NCBI RefSeq assembly: GCF_036321535.1
Contig: NC_087436.1
Span: forward strand, 80,416,001 to 80,480,000
Source of the DNA: Camelus dromedarius
Lineage: Eukaryota
Reading direction: 5' to 3'
DNA: 64,000 bases
Position 1 is the first letter of the stretch, and each line of letters begins with the position of its first letter. The notes under the pieces were generated by a model that was not told the DNA's origin, did not search any database, and was given only the letters and a program-made list of their open reading frames with translations. The position numbers and the translations under genes are program-made. Shown one piece after another: positions 27,418 through 40,239 of the stretch.

Positions 27418-29641
27418 CTAAGAAACAACAAAAGGAAAGGACTCAGAAGACTTATCTTCAAGAATTAATAGACGGTATTTATACAGAGTAAATCCAAAGA
27501 AACTTTGGGGTTAAGCTTCTCTATTTTTAAATTGCATTGATTTTGAAAAGACAAATACAAAACAACAATATTAGCAGTTTTGCTCTTCTCGAAAAAAGAA
27601 AGATATCATCTCTAGTCAGATGTTTTCTTGTTAGTACAGTACGGCCTCACCGGTGCATCAGTACAGCAGGGAGAACGCCCAGCGCTGAGAGCATCAAGTT
27701 GCAAGGGGGTGTCTAGTCCGTGAGGAGCCTGGAAATTTGCTTCCACTCCAAGTAAAATAAAAAAGGTTAGGCCATCCATTCAGTTGGAATCACCCATGAG
27801 AGTGTTTACTTCAGATACCTGGAGGTAAAGACCCGGAGCTGCCCTGTTCCTTCCCATATTCCCATGTCTCACTGGAACTCTGGAAATGGCTGAAACCCTC
27901 AGAGTCCTGACCCCATGTGGCATCAACCAGCTTCAGGCCAGATGACACTGTCTAGTTGGTCTACCACTCTGAGCTGGTATCTCTAATTTGCTAAAACACC
28001 CCTGTTGTCTGTGGTGTAAAAGAATATGATCTATAAACTAACTAAATGAGTATATCAAAAGCACATTTAAGTCCATTTTGAAGAAAGTAATACCTAGAAA
28101 CTTTAGAAGAACTTTTTGACGTATGATACAAGAGCACGTCCCTTTCAGAATAATTAATATTTATCCTAAAAACATGTTCTCCAACTGATGCAAATGTTTT
28201 TTTTTTCCTTAAAACCATAGACAATGAAAAAGGTTTAAAATTTCCTACAAAAACTTAAAATCATATGGAGAAGTTTATATGTATACAGGTTCCCTGTTCA
28301 GAATTAGACTCAGACTTTGAATTAACAATTAAGAAAAAGATGGAGTTTGAAACATGCTTTAAACCCTTCCCTTTCTAAACATTATTTCACTTTTCCTTTC
28401 TTATGAATAAGAATATCTGACTGAAAATATTCTGTCAGCCTAACTCTTCAACTCCAGTGGTTAATATGTATTATCTATAATAATGCTTATTTCAAGCAAG
28501 ACCTTTTAAAAAATAATTTCCAACTGAAGTGGAAAACAAGTGTCCAACTGGTTGGAATATTTAGACTAAAATACTGAGCCAATTTTGAGATGAAAGATGC
28601 CTAACTCGAGCCACCATTACCCTTCTTTTAACTTCAGGCACAGAGTCAGGGAGTGGAGAGAGCTGCATGCTGACTGATGAATGAATGACACTCATCAAAT
28701 GAAAACCGAAATATATTACATCACAGAGGAAAGTACTGAAATGATGTAAAATAATAAACAATTATGGAAGGATCAACCTGATGAGCAAACTAGTAAGAAT
28801 ACTGTGATATTTTTGAAATGAAAGCAAATTTTGTACTGTAACAATTCTCTACGTGAGGTTTAACAATTACCTTCAACTCAAAATTGTTCAATGTTAAAAA
28901 GATGAAAGCATAGTTAGTGATGGGCAAGACAATGAATTAATAGATGTGGGACAACATCTACTTGATTACTGACTTCATATCCAACTTAAACTTGGAACTA
29001 TTAGCATCTTCCCCCAAATATTTTAAAGTATATTTCTGCACTGTAAAGAACTGCATTTTTAAAAAACTGAATTATATACTAAATCTTTCTGGAGAAAAAA
29101 AGAACAATTATAAAAATTTAAACTAATTAAAATAAAACTGTATTTAAAAAGTGATCACACATTCTTACTTTCCATTTAGTTCCTTCTGATTGAAAAGAGA
29201 AATTTTGAAAGGGGATATACTTGCATTCTCAAAATATATACTGTTTAATATCTAGAAGAGTTAAATGAGTAATTAAAAAAAAAAGTTGATGGTGTCAGAC
29301 TGCCCATTACTAACATGCCTTGGGACTTGTTAGTTCATGTGTGAAGCGGTACACATCTCATGGTGAGAGCAGTGAACACTCAGCCTGTTAGTGAGCAGCA
29401 TACAGACCCTAGAAAGCTAATCAGAACAAAGCTGAGAGAGACTAGAACATCTCCCAGCATGAATGAAGCTAACTTTTCAACTCTAAGGAACTTACAGAAA
29501 CAACAAATTGAAAGTCAGTCCTTTAAGTTAGTCTAGTCTACCATGCACTAAAAACAAAAACAAACAAAAAAACAAAACAAAAATACTCAAAAAACAAAAC
29601 TGCAAGTATTTTGCATTCTTTTGTGGTAACTTGTGTTTTAC

Positions 29642-29695
29642 CTTTTGAGGAATGGTATCATCGGGTGTCTCAGGCTGTTTACTTGGGATCTCAGA
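29642..29695 (-). CDS. WDFY3: WDFY3 small symmetric (probable cassette) exon SEIPSKQPETPDDTIPQK
   Basis: 54 nt, phase 0/0, tttcag acceptor, AAG|gtaaaa donor; resembles the recalled human segment SEIPSKQPETPDDIPQK. Confidence 0.85.
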
Positions 29696-32600
29696 CTGAA
29701 AACAGGTATTAAGTATAGACACATCAGAAAAAAACAACATAAAGAACAACACAAAAATAAAATAATCTTGAGGACTATATGAAATATGGAAGATGCACTC
29801 ACTCAAAATTCATATGATATCCTAAGCTGCTTGTCATCACTTAGCATCATGTGATGTGACTATTCTCTCTATTATCAAAAGTAGTTTTAAAGTAAAACTT
29901 CAATACAGTAAAATTCTCAACGCTACTGAACAGGACAAATTTACAGATCACACAGGCTGTCATGGATGACTTACAGGCAACTCTATGTAGGCATCAAAGG
30001 GGAAAAACAGAAAACTGGAAAATAGAACTTAATGCTAGCTATTATCTTCCACCTACCTTTTACTGTGTTTATCCCTAGGTCTGTGTTGTAACAGAAGCAA
30101 CTGATTTAAACTATTAACCTACAATACTCCCAACCACAGAAATCACTAAGTGCTCGTTAGCAAAAAAAACCCCTCTAACCGTAAAAGCCCAAGGACCTAA
30201 TTCCTTCGCTACCTTCTCGGCTATGACCCCAGAAAGGCTGAAAGAAGGGAGGCTGCATCATCAGCCTGCAAACAAAAATTTTTTGTAAAAAGTACTTTTT
30301 AAAGAATTAGGTAGTAGCTTTATAATTTATTCTCAGAATAAAATTCCAATTAACAAGAAGGCAATTTCTGTTGAGCTGGAGTCTGTGGATTATGCATGTA
30401 AACAGAGATAATGACAGACAGACAATAACACATCCAAGAACTATTCCAATTTTTCTTCCTTTTCATGGGTTATATCTGGAGATGACTTCTAGTACCTTTC
30501 CCTAGAGTAAATATGAGCAGGCAAAATGCTTTCTCAAATGTTTGCTTCCCTTGGCAAAACAAACACTGGACTGCTGGGCATACTTTCAAATACTTCGTAT
30601 CGTTTTAGTAAACCTTGCTCCTTAAAAACAAACTTTTAAAAGCATACCTTATATTGAAGGATAATCTTTAAAATACATAAACACGTTCTTGGTCTTGGTA
30701 AAGATTTGGGTTACATTAGTATATACTACACATTTGTTAAAACTCACTGAATGGCACATTTAAGATTTATATATTTCAGTGTATGTAAAATTTACATCAA
30801 TAAAAGGGAATTATAAACAAATACTGGACTACAAATATTGAACTACTACATGTGGAAGTGTCCAGGGGTGAAGGGTACTGATTCTGCAATTCACTTTGAA
30901 GTTAATTTAAAAAAAAAAAAAGATAGATCACAGGATAGATCTATAATAAACCGATATAGCAAAGTGGACCAATGACTATTGTCAAACTCAACTCTGATGT
31001 CCACTCTATGTCCCCAGCCAGAATGGGGGAAGGGTCTGATGTGTACGCACTTGTATTTTCCCTGCAGCTTACAGCACAGTGCAGGTTTAATATCTATTTG
31101 CTCCTTGAGCCACTGGCTGACTGAGGTTCTCATTTTACTAAAAGACACAGTGTTCAATAACAAAGATGTATGTTATAACAATAATTTTGGTATTATCATA
31201 GCTCTCATCTTTAACAATTTTATAACTAAGCTATTATCATAATTATGCTTATACAGAAATCTAAATCTTTCAGTCATAATTTCTCAAAAATAATTTTATA
31301 GTCCCTTTACTTCCAATTTTTCTGCATTTCTGGCAATGGAATTTCCTGAACGATCTGCTTAGTTTCTAGTCCTGTGACACCTACATATATTTTTATTCAG
31401 TGGATAAACTTTCTAAGCTTTTAGGTCTGTGATAAATGAAACATTAAAATATGTTCTACATTCTATAAACAGACATATAATTTGAAAATAAAAAAAGTTC
31501 AAAACTTATAATAGGAAGTTATTTTTAATACAGTAACATTACTCAGCTTAAAGAAATAAAACTTCAATGCCCAAAGAAATAATTACTTGATTAATTTCTA
31601 ACACATCAAAGTTTTAAAAACAAGAACCTAACTTTTAAATCATTGCTGTACTCATTCAGTGCAAGCAACAGACTAAAAATTTAAAGGTCACGTAAAACAA
31701 TAATTGTTCTTAATAAATAATGCAAAGATCAAATCATTTGCCTTTGCTCCAGGTAAAGCCTGTTTTACCTGTCAAGATGCTTCAAAAGCAATTTTTAGGT
31801 TGCACCTGTTATACCTGATATACCTGTTACATGGTAAAAAGTACAGCCTATATTCTATAAACATGTGTGCAAAGAGGGCAATGCATTTATGGGAGCTGAA
31901 AGGTACGACGTGACTGATCTCCAACTCGGGGAGGCAATATTTAATACAGTTCAGAGCAGAGGAAGATTTACCACGAAGTTAATGAAGCTTACACTTTGAC
32001 AGCCTTCACTTTCCATAGGCTCCTTTCAAAACCCTGGGTGAGGGGGCCCTAGTAATTTGTATTCATAATTTCATACTCTTCTTCGTATACAGCCCTCCCC
32101 AGTTACATAAACTTCATCCCCTCAAAATTTGGCTCTAGCCCTTTTTAGCGGAAAAATGATTAGAAAAATTCTCTAAGAATGCTGGATGGGGAGCAAAGGA
32201 TACACTCTAACTTACGAAGACAGCTGGCAAGCCCATTCACTCAACACTTACTAAGTTCTAGACACTCTTCAGCATTAGAGACAAAACCAAGTATATGGTT
32301 CCTGTCTGGAAGAAATTCACTGTCTATGGATACTGTCTTGAACACCACCAAAGGGCAGAATCTTTTCTTCTTCAAGAGCAACTCAGCTTCTGAGGAGCCG
32401 TCAACTTACACTCATCATATCTCACTCTGTAACTTAGTAGCTGTGATCCAGAAGGGGTTCCTTAACTTCTAGATTTGTTTCTCATCTGTAAAACTGGGAT
32501 AATAACATAACATACTTCAGAGGGCTGTCATGAGACATAAGTGAAACTGCAAGCAAACCGCTCTGCAGAGTATCAAGCTCACTGTGTTTTGTAAGTATCT

Positions 32601-34149
32601 GCTCTTCTTTTTTTTTGACTTCACAATAGAAATTAGCGGGATAGCAGTTGCTTCTACTTTTTGGAATTTTCCTTGCTATCAACATTGCCAGATTGCATAT
32701 TCCATAAAATAAAAGTAGACATTTAATGGCGTTTCAGATATACAAAAAATTCTGAAGTGGCAATACCGAAATCATTATTCATTCAGAAAATTTCATCACA
32801 GCAGATTAACCTTGACTGGTGCGTGAATTAAGCAACATGAATTCCACAGTCTGTAATCGTCTCCCCTTCCCACCTGCTTTTTCCCTTTTTGTAGACGTAT
32901 TTCCAACATTTCTTTACTGCATTGTATTTCCCAAAATGTAACCCATCTGGTTAAAAAAAAAGTTCCATATGGTACATACTTATTTCTGAGACTGTTTAGA
33001 TTTCACAGGCTGGTGAACTCCTTTGCTTAGGTAAAATGCTAATGATGTTAACGTTGTGTGAACTCTGAATAGGTTATTTTGTTTTTATCTGACACAGAAC
33101 TTTAAATATACTTTTGTAAAACAAATGACATTGTTATAAAGAAGGAAAGGAGTAGACAAGATTAAAAAAATACCGTGGTTATATAACTCAAAAAGCATAT
33201 GCCTCAGCTGAATAAAAATAGTGAACGGGCACATGTTTACAAGAACATATTCATCCATGTTAGTATTCTTGAATAGAGTCCACTTGACTGAGTGTTGACT
33301 CAATAAGAAATATCAAACTGCTACAGGCTTAAGTTCTTAATCAATTATTTCATTTGGGGATAATAGATGAAAAATTAGAGATTGTACTGCTGGTTTGCTC
33401 TGACAAAAGTAGGTGCTAAAAAAAGGCTGCAAAAATATGGGTGAATTTTTTTTTTTACATAGTGCCATAGTATTCAAAATTATAATTACAACTTTACCAA
33501 GTATGGCGCTGACAGAATGGAATAGCTCTGAGAAAAGTAAACTTTAAGGCGCTATCTTAAAAAATCTTAAATAACTATATATTAGCGGGTCTAAGACCTA
33601 TATTCTAAGTAGTATCAGGACAGCTGTGGAGTCAATTAGTACAAGATAAATGGAGCCAGGGTTTTGGCAGAGAAAAAAAACACGCATGGAACAATGCAGG
33701 TTGCCTCCTGTTACATGATCTGAACTGCTTGTTAGAAGACCCAAGTTCTAAGTCTCCTTTATAATTCTTCGTTTCTTCAGTTGTTGAGAGAATCATATTA
33801 AAGTCAAGAATATGAAAGTACTTAAGCCATGAATGGTTTTCCTTATAAATTTGTAGTGACTTTATTGGGCAAGACTATATTTTCCCAAATGTAAAAACAT
33901 GATTCCTGGATCACTATCAGCTTAGACAAAATTTTCCTGGTCATGTGCAAAAATCTGAATGAAGGCTTTGGGAGGGGTAACTTGTCTGAAGGAAAAAAAA
34001 TTTAAGGGTAAATGCTGTTTGTTTTAAACCCGTGGAACTAGTGACGAAGCTTCTCAACATCAGTGGAAGGTCTACACACTCAGGCTGCTGTCACTCTAGC
34101 TGCACTGTGTATTTCTTCAGAGAACACTGCTTAGTGGCAATGTTTATTT

Positions 34150-34402
34150 GCTTAACACTCGCTTAAGTAGTGCTTATTTTGTACCAGACCCTATTCTAAG
34201 TACATCACTAATTTAAATTAACTTAATCTTCCTAATAGCTTCTGAAACAGATTTGCTATTTTCTCCATTTTAGGCATAAAGAAACCGGAACCTAAAGAGG
34301 TCAAAGTGGCCGGTGCCAGGTCGCCTGGCGTTAAAGGGGCGGAGGCGGGGCTCAGACCCGGCAGTCTGCTCCGGGTTCCATGATCGGAGCCACTTCGCTA
34401 TG
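34150..34402 (-). mobile_element. MIR, unusually CpG-rich in its right half
   Basis: ttctccattttaggcataaagaaaccgga...gaggtcaa...ggcagtctgctcc aligns by eye to the reverse MIR consensus. Confidence 0.7.
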
Positions 34403-34582
34403 GGGTCCCCCTGCTGCATCTCCTCATTCCTCCGTCAGCGCCCTGGCATTATCCACTTAACATAGTTTATCGAATTTTCTCAATTAGGTATTTTACGTAA
34501 TTGACCTAAGAAGGGAAAATGCTTACAAAGGAGAAGGGAAACGCGAAAGCACCACGACAAACGCGGAGTTCTGCGCACTCAC

Positions 34583-34810
34583 CGCCACGTTCGTCTCTTG
34601 CTCCGTTTCCGGCACATAAGGGTAATGGTTATAAAACATATCGTTTCGCACCATTTTTTTCCTCATCCTGCAGGGCCCTTCTGTCATCTCCAACATCCAC
34701 TTGTCTAGGTGGGACCCGATGGGGGGGCCCCACAGCCCGCGCTCCCGCAGCAGCTCGTACTCGATCTGGCACCACTCCTCCGTCACGTACTTCAGGGCGT
34801 TCTGCTGACG
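34583..34810 (-). CDS. WDFY3: WDFY3 exon (RQQNALKYVTEEW...ERGLWG...MTEGPCRMRKK...ETNVA)
   Basis: 228 nt, phase 0/0, gtgagt donor; conserved BEACH-family pre-PH motif. Confidence 0.96.
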
Positions 34811-36227
34811 CTGGCGGGGGTCCCGGGGGGTTTGCGAGCAGAAGCACGAGCAGCAATTAGACGTTTACAAATAACTTAAAACCCGGTTAATAGTTGGAAA
34901 CAAAAACCAATCCATATCATTTCAGTCAATATTAAGAAAGTAAAATTACATTTATTTATGGTTAAAGTAAGCTACCGATTTTGTGAGAAGGCGGGGTTTT
35001 AGCGACAGCCCACAGTGACATGGAAGTTAAGCACAGGGGAGAGTGAGCAGCACACTTGACTGGAGTGTTGGTGTAACACTGAAATAGTCAGTCCAGTGTG
35101 AGTTAATAAACACGGTATTTCAGGACGCATCCCCTCTCCCCACAAATTGTAAAATAGCTACTTGAACATGAATAAAAGGAAGTCTAGAAAGCCAGGTCAA
35201 GAATATTGCTAACATACGCGATTCCTGGTAATCTTTGTAACATTTTCAATAATTTAAGGCAAAGACTATAAATATGCAGCACTGACAGGGAACTTATCAT
35301 TCACATAAAAATAAAAGAAAAACCATTTTTAATTGGCCACTGGGATAGATCCAAACCAAATTTCCATAAATGGAAATTTATGACTTGGAATAACTTCTTG
35401 CTATCTGTCAAATGCCAAAATGTATTAACATTTCAACTGTAGATGCTTATAACTAACTTTATCAAATGATTCATGGAATATAAGTATACAATTTAAGTCT
35501 AAGAATAAAGATCTCTTTACACAACTAACACTAATGATTACTGAAGGAGTAACCCTGATATTACCTGATACCAAAGTAGTACTTATGTGTTCCTGGTGGG
35601 AGGAAATCCTGTTACACTAAGTATTTAGTATTATGCTCATAAAATATTAGCAGCTTATCATTCAGAACTCTTTAACAGATTTAACTCAGCTGCTTTGGAA
35701 ATAAAATATTTAGGATAAGTTGCTGAGTAATTATGAATTTACCAAGAGGATTTCACTGAATTTATTTCTTATAGACAAAATCACCAAGTACTTGTAATAA
35801 AAAATAACTTTATCTTTTAATTTTTTTTAATTTTAAGAGACTTCTCAGAGACTTCCATACATATTTTCACTCTCCTTGTTAAGCCCCAAAGAGAGAGATC
35901 TTTCTGATATTTTAATTTTTATTAGGAATAAACACATACAATATGTTGGTAGTGAATGTCATTAGGATTCAGCCGTGCTGATCGCCAGTCTGTCATTTTT
36001 TAATGCAGTTTGCCTATGGGGAGGTCCAATCCTTCTGTCTTAAAACCAATAGCCAAAGTAGCTGCTGGCACGGATAACTAAAAACATTATCTGATGATAA
36101 ATGCAGTTCAGCAACTTACCCTTAAAAGCGGTAGGAAGATATCAGGGGAAACAGGGGAGTCTTTTCTCACCCGGGGAATTAAAAAAAAAAAAACCAACAA
36201 AAAACCTATTATGGTTATGATTCTTAC

Positions 36228-36305
36228 CTCCTGATATTCCTTATATTGTGTATCTACTAAGTCACGAACAACAGCGATGTGTGTAAACATCCACTGAGAA
36301 ATCTC
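36228..36305 (-). CDS. WDFY3: WDFY3 exon (EISQWMFTHIAVVRDLVDTQYKEYQE)
   Basis: 78 nt, phase 0/0, gtaaga donor. Confidence 0.94.
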
Positions 36306-36479
36306 CTAACAATGGGTGGAAAAAGAATCTTAATATGTCATGGATTTCCTGGAAAAAATGTTAACTAGCCTTAAAATAATGCCCAACAATTAATTAAAAT
36401 TCTATCAAAATCACCACAACAATCCAAAAACCCCACAAAAAACTCTGAAAGACTAATGATAAAAAGAATCTAACGGAGG

Positions 36480-36857
36480 CTTACTTGATGGACACACACC
36501 CATGTACCCCAGCGCCCCTTCCCCTTTTAAGGGCTCACTGCCCCCACCTGTGGCAGTGCTGTCAGCACCTGGGATCACCATAGTGGGAGAGAGCTGTGGG
36601 GCAGCCCACACACGACCGTGGCATGATTTGGGGGGAAGCTGGCTCAGCCATGTCAGTTCAGTTCAGGTCAACTGCGACATTTTGGCACCAAAGCCCCACT
36701 TGGGTCAGCTGGGTCTGTGGCAAGACCTGCACTGTAACCTGACATGTCCCTGTGATCAGTCTTGCTTCCTTCCTCTTCCTTCCACAAATAGCCCTAATAA
36801 ACACTCTGCACACGGAACTCCCTCTCTGTGTGCTTCCTGGAGAACCCAACCTGACAC
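36480..36857 (+). mobile_element. ERVL solo LTR, LTR16-like
   Basis: 3' end cctaataaacactctgcac...tgcttcctggagaacccaacctgacaca resembles the recalled LTR16 terminus; left boundary uncertain. Confidence 0.65.
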
Positions 36858-37047
36858 ATGGAATGACTCACACACATGGTTTCTCCCAGACCCTCTCACA
36901 GCTGCCACTAAGATTCTTGGATGGCAAAGATGATAAGGAAGAAATTAATGCTGGAGGTAGATTAGTTTTTAAAAAGCAATCACAGGCATATACAGCGAGA
37001 TTACTTTTTAAAAAGCCATTTTATTTTGCTATTGCTTTAAAATTTAT

Positions 37048-37213
37048 GAACCAATTTTATTATTAAAAAAAATTGGGAGGGGTAAGTAATTAGGTATTTA
37101 TTTATTTATTTATTTATTTACTTATTTATTTATTTATTTATTATGGAGCTAATGGGGGTTGAACCCAGGACCTTGTGCATGGTGAGTGTGTACTCTACCA
37201 TTGACCCTCCTTA
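37048..37213 (-). mobile_element. Camelid-type tRNA SINE
   Basis: Reverse gtaattagg tail, (ttta)n, ttgaacccaggacc B box; candidate TSD ctttaaaatttat at 37035-37047 and 37214-37226. Confidence 0.85.
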
Positions 37214-37544
37214 CTTTAAAATTTATATAACTACTGACAAAATTATTGAAAATTAATAAAAGTTAGGAAAAAATTATCCATAGTCTGATCATGTATCAAT
37301 ATTTGAATCTCATCTTATGTCCAGTTACAAGATGGATGTAAATACACAACATTCATAATGCAATTTGACCATAATAAAATGGGAGAAGTTCCTATAACCT
37401 GAGTTATTTCTCTCTTCTAAAGCAAAAATGCAGAAAAGTTTCATTTTACATCATAGGTTTGTATGTGTTAAGTGTATTACACAAAATCGTACAACTAAAC
37501 CTTGAAATTTCTAGTAATATCATTAATGAAACTAAACAACGTAC

Positions 37545-37702
37545 CTGGGTGGAAAGGCTGTGTTTATTAAGACCACTTTCCTTTCGATTCCTTCTCGATC
37601 CTGTTAACTTGGAAAGACCAAAGCCACTGCTGACACGGGACAATTTAGATTGTGTGGTGGGCACTAAAGCTTCTCCTCGAATTATGCATTTCTTTTCATG
37701 GG
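37545..37702 (-). CDS. WDFY3: WDFY3 exon (HEKKCIIRGEAL...KHSLSTQ)
   Basis: 158 nt, phase 1/0. Confidence 0.94.
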
Positions 37703-37987
37703 CTACAAAATTAAATTCAGATGATTTTACATTTTCTCCATGCATTTGTTAGTCTTACTTGTAATACTTTTGCATAATGGTTACAAACCAAAGTTCTGGA
37801 GTTATCAAAAGCAGCTTATGTTACAGATGCAGACGCTGTCTTAGACATGACATTTACTTATTGGTGATCTTGTAAAAGGATAGCTGCCTGACAATTATTG
37901 TACTAATTGAACTTAGATTTGGTTGAAACCTCACAGCTCTGTAATAATATGCAAATTTATTTTAAATGTCATCAGTGTCTGTGTTAA

Positions 37988-38303
37988 CAATTCACAATCC
38001 CCTACCTAAAAGCTTTGGCACTGTGCATACTTTGAACTTTAGAATGTTTTGAATTTTAAAAGGTGATATGGTACATATACTGTATATTATATAATACCAC
38101 CAGAGGGTCAAGCGTAACAAACCGTAATTAGTAATATAGTAAATATTTTTGCAGCAAACTGTGAATATTTATACTTAGTATGATAAACAAAGATAGGTTA
38201 GGTTTTGCTACCAAGTGAGTTTTGGCACCAAATTAATAAAAATACCTTGGGTTTTTAGGGTATTTTGAATTTCATGAACTTGGATAAGGGATATGAACTT
38301 GTA
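37988..38303. mobile_element. TcMar-Tigger MITE, MER46C-like
   Basis: Degenerate terminal inverted repeats (cacaatcccctacc / ggataaggggatatgaacttgta) and resemblance to the recalled consensus. Confidence 0.6.
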
Positions 38304-38564
38304 GCCAAGATGGTGACCATATTAAGTTGTGAGCAATGTAGTATTTTCTAAGCTTGTAGATGCCTGATGTATAAAACATCTCAGATCTTTAAGAAATATA
38401 AGAAGAAAAGCCCAATCTCAGCATAATCATTCTAGAATGACTATACTGCAGTGATTTTTCATTTCTACTGCCATCATAATATCCTTTGGGGAAGTCTGAC
38501 TTTTCATATATACAATTGCCATGTGTAAGTTTCCTAGTCACACGATCCCTGTAGACTTTCTTAC

Positions 38565-38747
38565 CCAAATGGTTCTGCCAGCACTTCAAGCTAGCTTCTT
38601 CGATGAGCGGCCTTGCTACAGCTATGTCCACATGGCCTCGTTCGTTCACGGGTAGGGTGACTTTGAAAAGTTCCTCCAAGACTTGCTTTTTACTATGAAT
38701 CAGTTCAGTCCAGACTCTGTTGACAGCTTTTATAAGCAGCTGACGCC
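38565..38747 (-). CDS. WDFY3: WDFY3 exon (RQLLIKAVNRVWTELIHSKK...CWQNHL)
   Basis: 183 nt, phase 1/1. Confidence 0.94.
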
Positions 38748-39224
38748 CTAGGAAATAAAAAAGAGCAACTGATCAAGAAGGATATAAATGTAATTAGTAT
38801 TTGTTTTCTTGTTTTACATCTAAGAATTTCAGTTTAGATGCACAGTACTTAATTGCCCAAAAAATGCTTCATATCATACCCAGCTCAGTAGAAAGGATTA
38901 TTTAGATAAGCAAAAATGTGGTTGCCTTCCTGGAAAACTTAATAAAAAAATCTTTATATTCATGCAAAAAGATTGCATTTTTATTTATAAAACTGGAAGT
39001 TACATACACATTTCATCGTCTAGCCATTCTATATAAGACCTTATCCCCTATTTAAAAGTAAATTTTAGATCTAAATATTTAAGGTATTTTCACAATTAAG
39101 TTAGTTGTTCTTGAATATTTTGCAAAAGGAGGGAAAAAATTAACAAATATTTTTCGAGTTTTTACTATTCAATTTCATCCTGCTTTGGACTCCTTGCTAA
39201 TTTGTCTGATTCCTGCCCTAGCCA

Positions 39225-39416
39225 GCCAATCTTTAGCAAACATCACAATCACCTGGGGGCTTATTAGAACAGATTGCCGGTCCTCACCCTCCTGCCCCGC
39301 TATCGAGTACTGAGTACTCAGTAGATCTGAGTGGGGCCAGAGAATCTGCTTTCTAAGAAGCTCCCCAATGATGCTGATGTTACTAGTCTGAGAGCCTCGC
39401 TTTGAGAACCAGTGTT
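39225..39416. mobile_element. MER5A-like hAT-Charlie remnant
   Basis: catcacaatcacctggggg...gagaatctgctttctaagaagctcccc...tttgagaaccagtg. Confidence 0.75.
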
Positions 39417-40129
39417 CTAGACTGTCAGTTCCTTGGAGGGGTGAAAACAATCACTTTTAGCCCTCAGTGTCTAGGGTTCAAGAAATTTTAAGGAAAGAAC
39501 AGAGAACAAATTCATGCTTAAATGAAAGAGTGAGTGCTGGACTCACAAAAGATACAATCATATGCAAAATCACCCACATTATATTGCTGGAGAGACACAC
39601 ACACTACCGTAATTATCTACTCTTTTCTATTGAACAACGTTGGGAATTAGAAATCAATCTACCCAAAGACTTCGATGCACGAAACTTAGAAAATCAGTGG
39701 GAAAACTAGATTAAAAAGAAAGAATAAAAGAGAGTAAAAACGGTCGTACTGACAGCCTGTCTCAAGCAATACCTGCCTCCAATGTGACTGGCCTAACACT
39801 ACTAACAGGCAGCTCCCTCAACGATAAGGGCTAAGTTAGTATTGGCGTTGCTACTTGTGCAAACGTGAGTATCATTATGTTTCCCAGTGCTATAATGAAA
39901 TATTGAGGGATGGCAGTATCAGTGGCTAGTGGTTTACCCATCCTGGCATAAGGAGATGCACAGCTAGCACGTTGCTGTATGTTGGTGGGCATACTGGCAT
40001 ACGCTCACGTGTGCCCTCTGGGGAGATCAGCTGTCAATGTTGGCAGTTTCTGAAGTCAGTTTTTTTGGTTATATCTTAAAAATCAAAAAATGAGTGGGGA
40101 GAAAAGGGAAAAAAAATTGGAGCAATTAC

Positions 40130-40239
40130 CTTCACTAATATCTTGGCTGTAACCACCATGTGGCTCAATGTCAGAGGGGATCATAATGTGCCATGTAGTC
40201 ATGCGGGCCTCTGCTTCCAGTCCAAATCCATCCACATTG
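40130..40239 (-). CDS. WDFY3: WDFY3 exon (NVDGFGLEAEARMTTWHIMIPSD...QDISE)
   Basis: 110 nt, phase 2/1, translated by hand. Confidence 0.94.

Noticed and set aside
34519..34860. Antisense 113-aa ORF and alternate-frame 75-aa ORF
   Set aside because: Shadows of the real exon; the high GC content depletes stop codons.
36502..36933. 143-aa + strand ORF
   Set aside because: Lies mostly within an LTR16-like element and has no protein-like features.
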